Both the position numbers and the translations under genes were made by a program. The notes under the pieces were generated by a model. The model did no database searches and was not told where the DNA came from. It saw nothing but the letters and a program-made list of their open reading frames with translations. Shown here in pieces: positions 38,275-49,439 of a DNA stretch of 64,000 nt (its first letter is position 1; each line of letters opens with the position of its first letter). Origin of the DNA: Isurus oxyrinchus (lineage: Eukaryota); the NCBI GenBank assembly GCA_026770705.1, contig JANJGN010000035.1:6820001-6884000 (forward strand), written 5' to 3'.

Positions 38275-39904
38275 CTGGAGAATGAAATGCAAAATTTAAC
38301 TTTACTGGTTGTGCGGTTCCATTGATGGATCTCACATTCCAGTTCTAATCAACGAAATAGCATTTTGTTTTAAAGTATATCAAATACTCAACAGTAACAT
38401 TTGGACATTAGTCCTCATGCTACTGGGTGTAAGGGAGCTGTGCGCATATAGGAACATTTTGCAATTACTTCATACATTTGATATTTATCATTTTAATTCA
38501 CTTGCAGAATTAATTGCGTTCCATCATACTAAATCTTGGCTAGTGGATAGGGCAAATTAACGATGCATTGCCCATGCAACATGCAAGATAATTGAAAGGA
38601 TAAATAAATCTTTAAAGACATCATGGAATCCATTTTGTAAATAACAGTTACTTGCTGAGAGGCAACGTTCCTAAACATAATTGTAGAATTCAAGAGAAGC
38701 AAATTGAATTAAATTCGTGTGAGCAGGAAGCATTGATGCAAAGGGAGGTGGTGTTCTTTTTCTTTAATGACTGCGTGTCTGTTTGTGTTAAATTTCCGAT
38801 TGACCCCATGCCTGATGAGCCAAATTTTCAGTGTTTTTAGTAAGAATATAAGTTACTTCAGTGCGTAGCTTCCGAAAATTTCGGCAACATTTTTTAATGA
38901 TTTCACGATTATGTTCTCCTTCCATAGCATAAGCGTTCACATGTCCCAATACAGAAAGGAGAATCGGTTTCCTGATGGAATTTATATGGCCCCTCGCATC
39001 CGATGTCATATCCCCGTCCTGCCGAAGTCAATTGGCCTTTGAGCACCTCGCAACATTTTACAGCCCCGGCCCCGCCATGAAGGGACATTAATACCCGTAC
39101 AAGCCCCTGCGGTTTAAAGCTACATCCGTAGTTGCAAGGACCAACAATGTGGCGCCTGCAATTAATTAACCAGTTCACAGAAACATAATTTAGTTCTACT
39201 CCTGTTTTGTACATTTATCTAAGAATACTCCAGCAAGTGCAGGATATAACGAATTTCGGGTTAATTGATTTATATTCCACTTCACTTCAGCACCTTATTT
39301 ATTGGTAATCAATAATCTGAAAGGTGCACGATGTTTTATCACTCATTGCGATTAATCACGAATTCAGAATGATGAGCAGATGACAGTTGATCTCGTAATG
39401 AACTGAACATAACATATGATGAGCAAAACAGACAGCATGTCACCGGCCGGCTGTATATGCGAACACCGATAGACAGTACAAGTGACTACAAAGGAACTGA
39501 ACATGGGTTTAGAGTTACAACAGGAAATAAAGAAAAATTTTCGATTCAGGATGACTCCAAATAGCAATTCATACCCCGAAGTTTATTCAGGCTTTTGCAA
39601 CAGGAAATGATTCGCTGTATAAAATTGGCATCCGGATTGATGCCCCATTGCTCAGTCCGTTGTCCAACAACAATCACACACACACAAAACAAAAAAAAAA
39701 AACACGGACAACACTATCCCCAATTGCATGGTAATATACCATCATTATCTGAAAATTTGCATGGGTGCATTGCGAAACCTTTTGCAACTTTCAGCAGACA
39801 CATCATACTCTCCTGCATAGTGGGAAGCACAACGTCAAATGAGACAATGAATCTATACTGGCCGTTGGCAATCGTCAATATTTTGTGCAACTACATAGAA
39901 CAAA

Positions 39905-41585
39905 AGCACCATGTAAATGTTGCAGCACAGAAGGAAGCCAATCGGCCCATCTTGTCCAAGCCAGCCATAGGACACCCACGTGCCCTTTCTAATCCCACAT
40001 TCCTGCTCTCGGCCCTTAGCCCTACAGCTTACAACCCTTAAAGTGCAGATCCAGGTACCTTTTTAGAAGAGCCTAGAGTTTCTGCCTCTATGACCAACTT
40101 GGGCTGCGAATTCCAGAATTCCACTAGACTCTGCATAAAAAAGGTCGTCCTCATATCCCCCATAGACTTTCTGCCAGTTATCTTCAATCAATGTCTAGGG
40201 TTCTAGAATTGAACCGCCAAGGGAAATACTTTTATCCAGTCCACTGTATCTATTCCCCTCACAATTCTGTGAACATCAATCAAATAACCTCTCAGCCATC
40301 TTCGATCTACGGGAAATTACCCAACCTATCCAATCTCTCATTGTAGCTACAGTTTTCTAACACTGGCAAAATTCTTGTAAAACTCTTATGCAATCTCTCC
40401 GGATCTACTACGCCCCTCCTCTAATGTGGTGACGCGAATTGCACCCAATACTCCAGTTGTCGCCTCACTAGCGTTTAATATAATTCTAAAATGCCTTACT
40501 TTTATATTATATATCTCTGCCAAAGAAGGGGAGCATTGCATATGCCTTCTTTGGAAGCTTGTCTACTTGAACTACTGCCTTCAGGGACCTGTTTACTTGT
40601 ACACCAAGGTCTCTCACTTCATCCACCCTCTTAGTATGATCCCATAAATTTTGTTATCCCAATAAATATTTGACATCCCAAAATGTCTGAACTCACACTT
40701 CTCTATGTTAAAATCCATCCGCCACTTTACAGCCCACATCACCATCAGATCTATGTAGTTTTGGATATTTTGGCTTTACTCTACACTATCCAATCCTTGG
40801 CATACCTTTGTGTCATCTGAAAATTTCCCAATCCTGCCCTCAACATTCACATCCAAATCATTAATATTTAACACAAACAGCATGGGTCCCAATTGCGAGC
40901 CCTGTGGAACTCCAAATTAGAAAACTTTCCATTCACAAGGGCATCCATCGACAATCACCGTTTGTATCATGTTACAAAACCAACCTTTTATGCAGTTTGC
41001 CACATTACCCTGAATCCCATGGGCATTTACATTCCAGACCAATCTGCCATGTGGGAACCTGTCAAATGCCTTGCTAAAATCCATATATACAACATCCACT
41101 GCACTAAATTCATCAATCCTTCATGTCGCTTTCTCAAACGAATTCAAGCAAATTTGTGAGGCAAGACATTCCTTTAGCAAATCCATGCTGACCATCCATG
41201 AATAGTCAATGCCTTTCTACACGACTGTTAACCCTATCTCTCAGGATTGATTCTACTAATTTGCTCACAACTGATGTAAGACTAACTGGCCTATATTTGT
41301 CTGGAATTTCCTTTGATCCATTTTTAAACAAGGGAACTACTTTGCTTTTCAGCAGTCCTCCGGCACCTCCCCTGAATCTAATGGAAATTCGAATATCATC
41401 CACAGAACATCTGCTAACTCCTCCCTGACTTCCTTCAGCAGCCTTGGAAACAATCCATCTGGCCCTGAAGACTGATCAATTTTCATGGATGTTGACCCTT
41501 CGAGTATTTCCTCCCTCTAATTTCCTTCCATCTAATATCTCACTGTGCTTCTCCTGGACCACTATATCTACATTGCCTCTTGCCT
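39905..41585 (-). mobile_element. CR1 LINE, 5'-truncated (RT domain to 3' UTR)
   Basis: KVVPLFKNGSKEIPDKYRPVSLTSVVSKLVESILRDR; MDVVYMDFSKAFDRFPHGRL; 3' tail 'catagaacaaaagcacc...gaaggaagccaatcggccc'. Confidence 0.95.
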
Positions 41586-44034
41586 TTATAAACCATTCTG
41601 CTGATATGTTGGATATTTTTAGAATACTTTTACTTCATTTAACCAGAATGTAACATAACACAGAATGCTAATGAACACAATGCAGAATGCTAATTAAATA
41701 TAGAAGCTGTTGTACTCATGCAGAATACACCATAAATTCTGACACCATTGAACTGATATCACTATGTGTCGCATCATCAAATAAAGCGGAACTTAATGAA
41801 ACAAATTTCCTCAACATAAACGAACTGTTGATTAGCTATTTTTTGCTTTTTCTTTAATTCAGTGTCAGCTGCCTTAATACTTTCAACTTCAAGAGCACGC
41901 AGGAAGCTTGCTCCCATTCAGGACATGCTGGGACAATAATTGTTTCCTTTGGCTTCAATAGAAACTAATATCTCACATGTTTCAGAACATCCAGGAAATG
42001 CAAATATCTGTTTTCCACCCAATTCCACCACCAATTTAAGCAATTTTTCAGCGCACATGTGAAACTATATTGAACACAACAGGGTTACACAGAAAAACAT
42101 AGAATACCAAAGTGACATGCGGCCCAAGAAGTCTATGCCGGTGCTTCTAATCTCTTCTTTTATTCTGCCACTAATAAATTTCGGCCTTTTCATCAGTCCT
42201 TCCTTTCTCCTTAAATGCTCACTTTTCTTCCATTTAATTAACCCATTCATCATAACCACGTGAAAAACATAACTTGTAAAAAATTCAGTTACACAATATC
42301 GCAAAGCATCTAGGCCAGAAAACAGGTCATAGAGCAGAAAAAGTCCAGGCCGCTATTGATATTCAATGCATGCTCGCTTATTCATCTGACCCTGTTAACA
42401 CAGCCTTTTATCTAATTTCCATCACATGCAGAGCTTCCCAATTAATAAAATGTCGCAAATCGATGACTGATCGGAAACACTGATTTTTTGTCCCGAGTTC
42501 CCTTTTTGAATATTTTATGCTTTTGGCCTGTCTTTCTTCACTAATCCGTGAGTAGGAGATATTATCTCTACTTTACAGTTGCGACCACTTCATAATGATA
42601 CAAAAATGCATCAGGTCAGATCTCAGATTTATTTTTCCATTCGAAAATAACGATAGAGTCTTCGGACTTTCATGAGAGTGATGAGCACACTGATTTGTGC
42701 ATCGAATTAACATATGCAAGGGTGGACAATTCTATTGGATTTGCATGATATTTGTGGGCAGAGTTCAAAATCATTCTATCGCCAATGAAGTACCTCATTT
42801 TGCATTCCTTTTGTAGGTCTTTAAACTTCAGATTCCTGTTTTCAATTTTCTGAAAAGCTTTCGACTTTCTTTTTGCCAGCTTGTCTCTTCTTTCAAACAG
42901 TTTAATGGAAAGAAGCTCTGGAGCGTTTTTCCATCGATTATTTTTCTAAGGTTCATGAATTTGCTAAAAATAAAACATTAATGAAATGTATGAATAAGTG
43001 CAAATGCACAGGAAATCGCAAAAATATTTGTGAGTCGCTGCAATTCAGTAACATCATAATGACATATGTTACACAGTGTGTGATAAGAATGCAAGACTTC
43101 ACTTTCAATAACTTATCCAGTTGTTTTAATACTACTCTAGGATTGAGGGTAATTTGAGGGACAAAACAAGATGCAGGACGGACATGTGAAATGCGTACCA
43201 TAGATTTGAAGGATTACTGTATTATTGCATCCTGAGCGCACACGTTGAAAAGTTTTCTGCTTATGAGATGCCTTAGATTTTGGTAAATGACTTTGCTGCG
43301 CCACACATTCCCTCCGCAAATGCAGCAGCTCACAATGAGAACTCTCAGGGCGGAAAAATATATCTTTGGTAGAAATAACTAGTACAGCAGGTCATATGGA
43401 CAAAGCAGCAAGCAAAAAACGTAAGGAAGCTATTTTTTATTAGAGTATTTACTTCCAACTGGAATTGATGTAATTGCAAAAATCTGATTTGTTTATTCTG
43501 GGAAAAAATCATTTCTAAAATTGGAACGAGTAATGAAAGACTGAATTGCAATGCATCATAGAAATATTGAAAAACAAATGCAGGGAACATGTCTTCGGCG
43601 CATCCAATCTATACTTCTTGTGAAAGATTTACGCAGCCGACTGCGACATTCATCCTCATCATTCGCAGTCTGATAGTTTACTTCAACTCAAGTGAATTTG
43701 CTGTTATTTAAGAAAATGCAGCAAATGTTTCAATCATGACGTTAATTTCAATGCTGTGCGTAGCAAAGCCTGATTAGCCTCTGACTTTGAAAGAATCCCT
43801 ACCTACCATTTAATACTTTAAACATTTATTTAAATATATACTCCCCTCTGATTGATGTTTCTATGAATTATTTCCTTGCCCGGAAATGCCCAAAAATTCC
43901 ACATGTCAATTAATTGTATCCATCAAGCTGCGCTGGTTAAATTAACACAGCTTATATCAAATTTTTAATACCTAAAAAATATCAACTACTGGCAGCAATC
44001 TCTACATTTTTACTGTACCAACGCTGATGTTTTG

Positions 44035-44410
44035 TTTTAACCCTTTCGTGGGATGTAGTCGACTGAAAACCCGAGCAGTCATTGCCCCTCCCTAATTGCC
44101 GAATTGCTTAGCGGCTTGATAATTCATTTCTGTGGTGAGTTATGTGTCAAGCACATTACTGTGGTTTTGAAGTCACATGTAGTCATGACAGAGTAAGAGT
44201 GAGACATTTCTATCACTAAAGGATATCAGTGAACCAAATGTTTTTGTTAGACAATCAATGGTAATTTCATGGTCACCATTACTGATGCAAGCATTACTCT
44301 CCTGATTTACTATTTTTGATCCACCGGCTGCCATGGCTTGATTTTCATCTGTAGTCCCAAAGCATAAGAGTCGCTGTCTGGATTACCGGTCCAGTGACAT
44401 CACCAGTAAT
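44035..44410 (-). mobile_element. tRNA-derived SINE, decayed
   Basis: 'gggatgtagtcgac...attgcccctccctaattgcc...agtcacatgtagtc...aaggatatcagtgaacca'; the tRNA-like head is at the right end in reverse complement. Confidence 0.7.
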
Positions 44411-44539
44411 TTGACGCCTAACTTCTAAATGTAATATAAACTTGCCTGTCGTCGAGCTACTGTTTTGTACCGACCAAGTATAAGCTTTTATCTCTTACAT
44501 GTTATGCATCGTGGACCTTCAGACAGTGCCAATAAATGA

Positions 44540-44815
44540 GCTTTTGTTACTGTGCTCCTCTCAATACTCAATCCTTTCTTGTGCAGTCAGGTGCTTTGTT
44601 TTTGAACCCCAAAAGCACTGAAAGAATATTGCACTTCAGAGGACACTTTTGGATGAGAATTCAAATCGAGGCCTCCATACACTACTCCGGTGCGTGTGAA
44701 AGTTCCAATGGCACTATTTAAATCAAGAGCATGGACTTTTTCCAAAGTGTCCTGACCAATAATCCTCACTCAGCTCATATCGTAAAAAATGAATGATCAT
44801 AATCACATTAAGGTA
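44540..44815 (+). mobile_element. Deu-domain-like SINE remnant (SacSINE1/AmnSINE-type)
   Basis: 'cttttggatgagaattcaaatcgaggcctcc...ccaatggcactatttaaatcaagagca...gtgtcctgaccaata' resembles the Deu-domain core. Confidence 0.65.
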
Positions 44816-46440
44816 GCTGGAAATTGATTGTGCATCACACTTGACAATGAACACTCGTCAAGAGTACCTAATTGCCTGCTTTGAAAAATGAGTAGTTCGA
44901 TATGAATGTACGTTTCTTTCATGTATTGTGTTATTACCTTTTGTTTTCTCCCACTGTGAGATATTCGTGTAGAGCTTTCCGCTTGTCTTCCCATCAGCTG
45001 TTATCTTATTTTGCTTGTGTTTTTACAGTACAACATGTTATTGCTTGGAAATTTACCTAGCAAAATCCGTGCTGATCCCATCAATCATACTGCCCTCATT
45101 GACCGCCCTTACTGCTTTCAGTAACTAGGATATCAAGGTAATCATGACGAACTACGCTTAACAAATTTATGCAAACTGTTCTTATTTGATTCGTGTTTTT
45201 CTAAGTCTTTATCAATGATGCCCATCGACCTTTTTGCAAACCTCCGAAGTATGGATAAAAGGACTGAAAACCAGGGTTGGATTCCGCCTGATGTGTCAAA
45301 ATGGAATAATGTTTGCAGTAAGCCAGTCATCTTCTAACGAGGCGGATTGGAAATGATGGTCAGAGCCTGACTTATTTCCTTTCTGCTTGTCTTAGTAGCC
45401 CTGCCTGTAATTAACTAATGTAATTCGATTTATGTTAACTTAATTTTTCCTCTCACTATGTTTAAGTACATTTTGTACAGCACAATACTTCTCAATTGCT
45501 ACAATGTCTTCATCGCCACTACATTTTTTTGAAAGTGGACATAGTACATTCGGAAGAATCAGTGCGCTTGAAGGGTAGCTTAATTAAATTTAGGTAGCCG
45601 GGCTCTTTCCTTAATTGCAAACAGTTTTATATAACGAGGATACCATCAAATGCGTGAGATTTGTCGCTGGAGCTGATGTAACTGATGCACTCTAAGTGGT
45701 AGGGCTGGACCGATGGAATTACAAAGTGTTGACCTGGTTACAAGGCTAACACGCTGCATTCCTATTGCACTAATACAAAAGATGAATATTTCTCTTTTCA
45801 CACGTTGCATAAAATTATTGCTAAGAAACCAGAATACTTGTCACGGTGATCGGGAATTGGCCGTGCATCTGCAACTTGATGTTTTCCTTTCACGAAGCTC
45901 GGACCTATAACAGGCAGTAACTGGCCACTGATGCAAATTTATTGCTCATTTCTCTCTCTTTGCGTCGGCAAGCGGCCCTATACGCCTGCGCTGAAGAAAA
46001 TATGCAAAACAATGGAATGGTGCGAAACTGCTAGTCAGTTAACCTGAACCGGTGCGCCATTGTGCTGAGTCTGCCCAAGGGGGCAGAACAGGGGAAGGGA
46101 GCATGAGGACCGTTCCAATACAGAGATTGGTATAAGAAAGAGATTCTGGAAGAAAGTCCGAGGCATTTGATAGGGACAGGGATCAGGAAAAGTTCTCCTG
46201 AAGAAAAGTTGCAAGAAAAGAGCTTATAAGCGGGCCCCAAATTAATGACAGTGCTGCAAACATTAGACTTGAAGCTAAGTTGTCTTTAGAGAAGCATGCT
46301 GATCTGAGGGGGCAGCTGAAGTTCATTCACTCCTTACTGTGGAGCCGTTTGGAGCAGTTGTGTTGTGCTTAGCATGGCCGAAGGCATGAAAGTATACGTG
46401 CAAGTTGAAGTTTGAGTGCACTCGGGGACCCAGGGGAAAA
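44780..46440. repeat. Segmental duplication copy A (copy B ~57460-59720)
   Basis: Matches such as 'aaaatccgtg...atcaatcata.tgccctca.tgac.gcc...taactaggatatcaag' (45062 and 57751) and 'agaaagtccgaggca' (46152 and 59445). Confidence 0.9.
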
Positions 46441-46441
46441 G

Positions 46442-46905
46442 TGTGGGAGAATAAAATACATATCCAAGATAACAAATTGTAAATTGGTTAAACTATCTAA
46501 TGAAATATTACAATGAAGGGTCCTTGAAACTAGGCCCATCTGCTTTCTCACTAGCACATAAAGTAATAAACTATTCGCGCTACCAGCTACCTTCCCAGAC
46601 TAATGGGCGCCAGATGCGTTGTGCAAGTGTTAGATATGGTTGTAAACTAAAAGAACTATTGTGTGCATGCCCTATATATGGCATCATACCATGTTAATAA
46701 TTAATTGGTTTAAGCAGCCATTGAAACTGCCTAATCTCTAACCATTGATACTGCCTAACCTCGTCACGTAGTTTTCTGCTATAACTATGTGTGTACTGCA
46801 ATGCTTCTCAGAGTGTGGAACAAGCCCGAGAAATAAAAGACAGATTAACGATTGGGTAGTCCCTTAATGGGTTACTAATGAGCATTTACTGTATCTCTCA
46901 CGACA
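46442..46905 (+). mobile_element. ERV-type LTR (TG...CA, 464 bp)
   Basis: Starts TGTGGGAGAATAAAATACAT, has AATAAA at ~46832, ends ...CACGACA; flanked by aaag/caag; absent from the duplicated copy at ~59715. Confidence 0.75.
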
Positions 46906-47029
46906 CAAGAATCATGACTTCAGCACTTGCCAGCTCAGGGGTTTAATACTTCTGTGTAGAATGAAGGTTGAATGTATAGTGAATAGTAATATGCTAATTG
47001 GCAATGTATTAGTAATAACTGTCATACCT

Positions 47030-47440
47030 ATGCCAATGATATATCACAGGCAAGACACCCACAGTGAGTGTTGTTAGGAACCACAGCCATGGAGTGCATT
47101 TGTGCACCTACAAATGGACTTTATACAAATACCTAAATATATGGGATATAATTATGTTTTAGTTCTAGTATGTTTGTTCAGGTGATGGGTGGAGGCGTGT
47201 CCTAACAGACAAAATGGTGCTCTTGTTGTTGTAAAATTGTTGCTGCGTAAATGCATACCCAGATTTGGGACACCAGAGATTTAATCGAGTGATAATGGGC
47301 CTCATTTTACTGCTAAAGAGATAAAGGAACTATTGAAGTCCATGCAATACAAACAACATCTTTCCTGCCCATACCACCCCCAGTCTACTGGGGCGGTGGA
47401 AAAAGAAAATGGTATTCTGAAAGATAAACTTGCTAAATTT
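47030..47440 (+). mobile_element. Retroviral (class I ERV-like) integrase core fragment
   Basis: HLQMDFIQIP...YVLVLVCLFR*WVEACP...SDNGPHFTAK...CPYHPQSTGAVEKENGILKDKLAK, showing the D-D-E triad. Confidence 0.9.
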
Positions 47441-47759
47441 TGCCTGATTTTTAAAAACTTTTTTTTCATTATCCCATATTCAATAACTCGGCCAGAAAAT
47501 GGATTTCTGCCAAACTTTGTCAAGGTCTTGAGCTTAACTTCACATTTTGTGAAAAGACTTATAAACACAAAGGTCTGCAGCATTTGAATTAGTGCCAATT
47601 ATTGTCAAAACTTTTAAACTGAAAATTCCCTTTTGAGAAATTATCAGGAACAAAACCTCAAATGTTCTGAAGCTTGTAACATCTTTAATTTACACTATCA
47701 AAATTAAAACAACCTCTTCTTCATCTGTAATGATTTGTATCCAAGTTATAATTTCCATA

Positions 47760-49439
47760 ACAAAAACAGAATTACCTGGAAAAACTCAGCAGGTCTGGCA
47801 GCATCGGTGGAGAAGAAAAGAGTTGACGTTTCGAGTCCTCATGACCCTTCGATAGAACTTGATTTCGAGTCCAAGAATGAGTTGAAATATAAGCTGGTTT
47901 AAGGTGTGTGTGTGTGTGTGGGGCGGGGGGGGGGGGGGGGGGGGGGGGGGGAGAGATAAAGAGAGAGACAGGTGCTTGTGTAGACAAACAAGCAGTGATA
48001 GAAGCAGATCATCAAAAGATGTCAGCGACAATGGTACAAAAGAACACATAGGTGTTAAAGTTAAAGTTGGTGATATTATCTAAACGAATGTGCTAATTAA
48101 GAATGGATGGTAGGGCACTCAAGGTATAGCTCTAGTGGGGGTGGGGGGAGCATAAAAGATTTTAAAATATTTAAAAATAATAGAAATAGGTGGGAAAAGA
48201 AAAATCTATATAATTTATAGGGAAAAAAAGGGGAAAAGGGGGAAACAGAAAGGGGGTGGGGATGGGGGAGGGAGCTCACGACCTAAAGTTGTTGAACTCA
48301 ATATTCAGACCGGAAGGCTGTAAGGTGCCTAGTCGGAAGATGAGGTGTTGTTCCTCCAGTTTGCGTTGGGCTTCACTGGAACAATGCAGCAAGCCAAGGA
48401 CAGACATGTGGGCAAGAGAGCAGGGTGGAGTGTTAAAATGGCAAGCGACAGGGAGGTTTGGATCATTCTTGCGGACAGACCGCAGGTGTTCTGCAAAGCG
48501 GTCACCCAGTTTACGTTTGGTCTCTCCAGTGTAGAGGAGACCACATTGGGAGCAACGAATGCAGTAGACTAAGTTGGGGGAAATGCAAGTGAAATGCTGC
48601 TTCACTTGAAAGGAATGTTTGGGCCCTTGGACGGTGAGGAGAGAGGAAGTGAAGGGGCAGTTGTTACACCTTTTGCGTGGGCATGGGGTGGTGCCATAGG
48701 AGGGGGTTGAGGAGTAGGGGGTGATGGAGGAGTGGACCAGGGTGTCCCGGAGGGAGCGATCCCTACGGAATGCCGATAAGGGGGGTGAAGGGAAGATGTG
48801 TTTGGTGGTGGCATTATGCTGGAGTTGGCGGAAATGGCGGAGGATGATCCTTTGAATGCGGAGGCTGGTGGGGTGATAAGTGAGGACAAGGGGGACCCTA
48901 TCATGTTTCCCCCTTTCCCCCCTTTTTTTTCCCTATAAATTATATAGATTTTTCTTTTCCCACCTATTTCCATTATTTTTAAATGTTTTAAAATCTTTTA
49001 TGCTCCCCCCACCCCCACTAGAGCTATACCTTGAGTGCCCTACCATCCATTCTTAATTAGCACATTCGTTTAGATAATATCACCAACTTTAACTTTAACA
49101 CCTATGTGTTCTTTTTGTACCATTGTCGCTGACATCTTTTGATGATCTACTTCTATCACTGCTTGTTTGTCTACACAAGCACCTCTCTCTCTCTCTATCT
49201 CTCCGCCCCCCCCCCCACACCCCCCGCACCCCCCCCTCCCCCCCCCCCCCCCCCACACACACACACCACCTTAAACCAGCTTATATTTCAACTCTTTCTT
49301 GGACTCGAAATCAAGTTCTGTCGAAGGGTCATGAGGACTCGAAACGTCAACTCTTCTCCATCGATGCTGCCAGACCTGCTGAGTTTTTCCAGGTAATTCT
49401 GTTTTTGTTTTGGATTTCCAGCATCCGCAGTTTTGTTTT
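47760..49439 (-). mobile_element. Young Penelope-like element with inverted terminal arms and a GIY-YIG endonuclease ORF (48276-48605)
   Basis: FTCISPNLVYCIRCSQCGLLYTGETKRKLGDRFAEH...LGTLQPSGLN; arms ~47760-48247 and ~48905-49408 are reverse complements; 13-bp TSD tataatt(t/c)cata. Confidence 0.95.
49313..49353 (+). ncRNA. Minimal type I hammerhead-ribozyme-like motif in the PLE terminal repeat (non-canonical core)
   Basis: aagtt-CTGTCGA-a-gggtc(atgag)gactc-GAAACGTC-aact: stem I, core, stem II and palindromic ACGT stem III; A6 of CUGANGA is U. Confidence 0.6.

Noticed and set aside
37943-38335. 130-aa ORF as a stand-alone gene
   Set aside because: It reads through an acceptor tract and donor sites; at most it holds one or two small exons.
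39595-40041. 148-aa plus-strand ORF
   Set aside because: No recognisable domain, weak TTG start, and it runs into an antisense CR1 tail.
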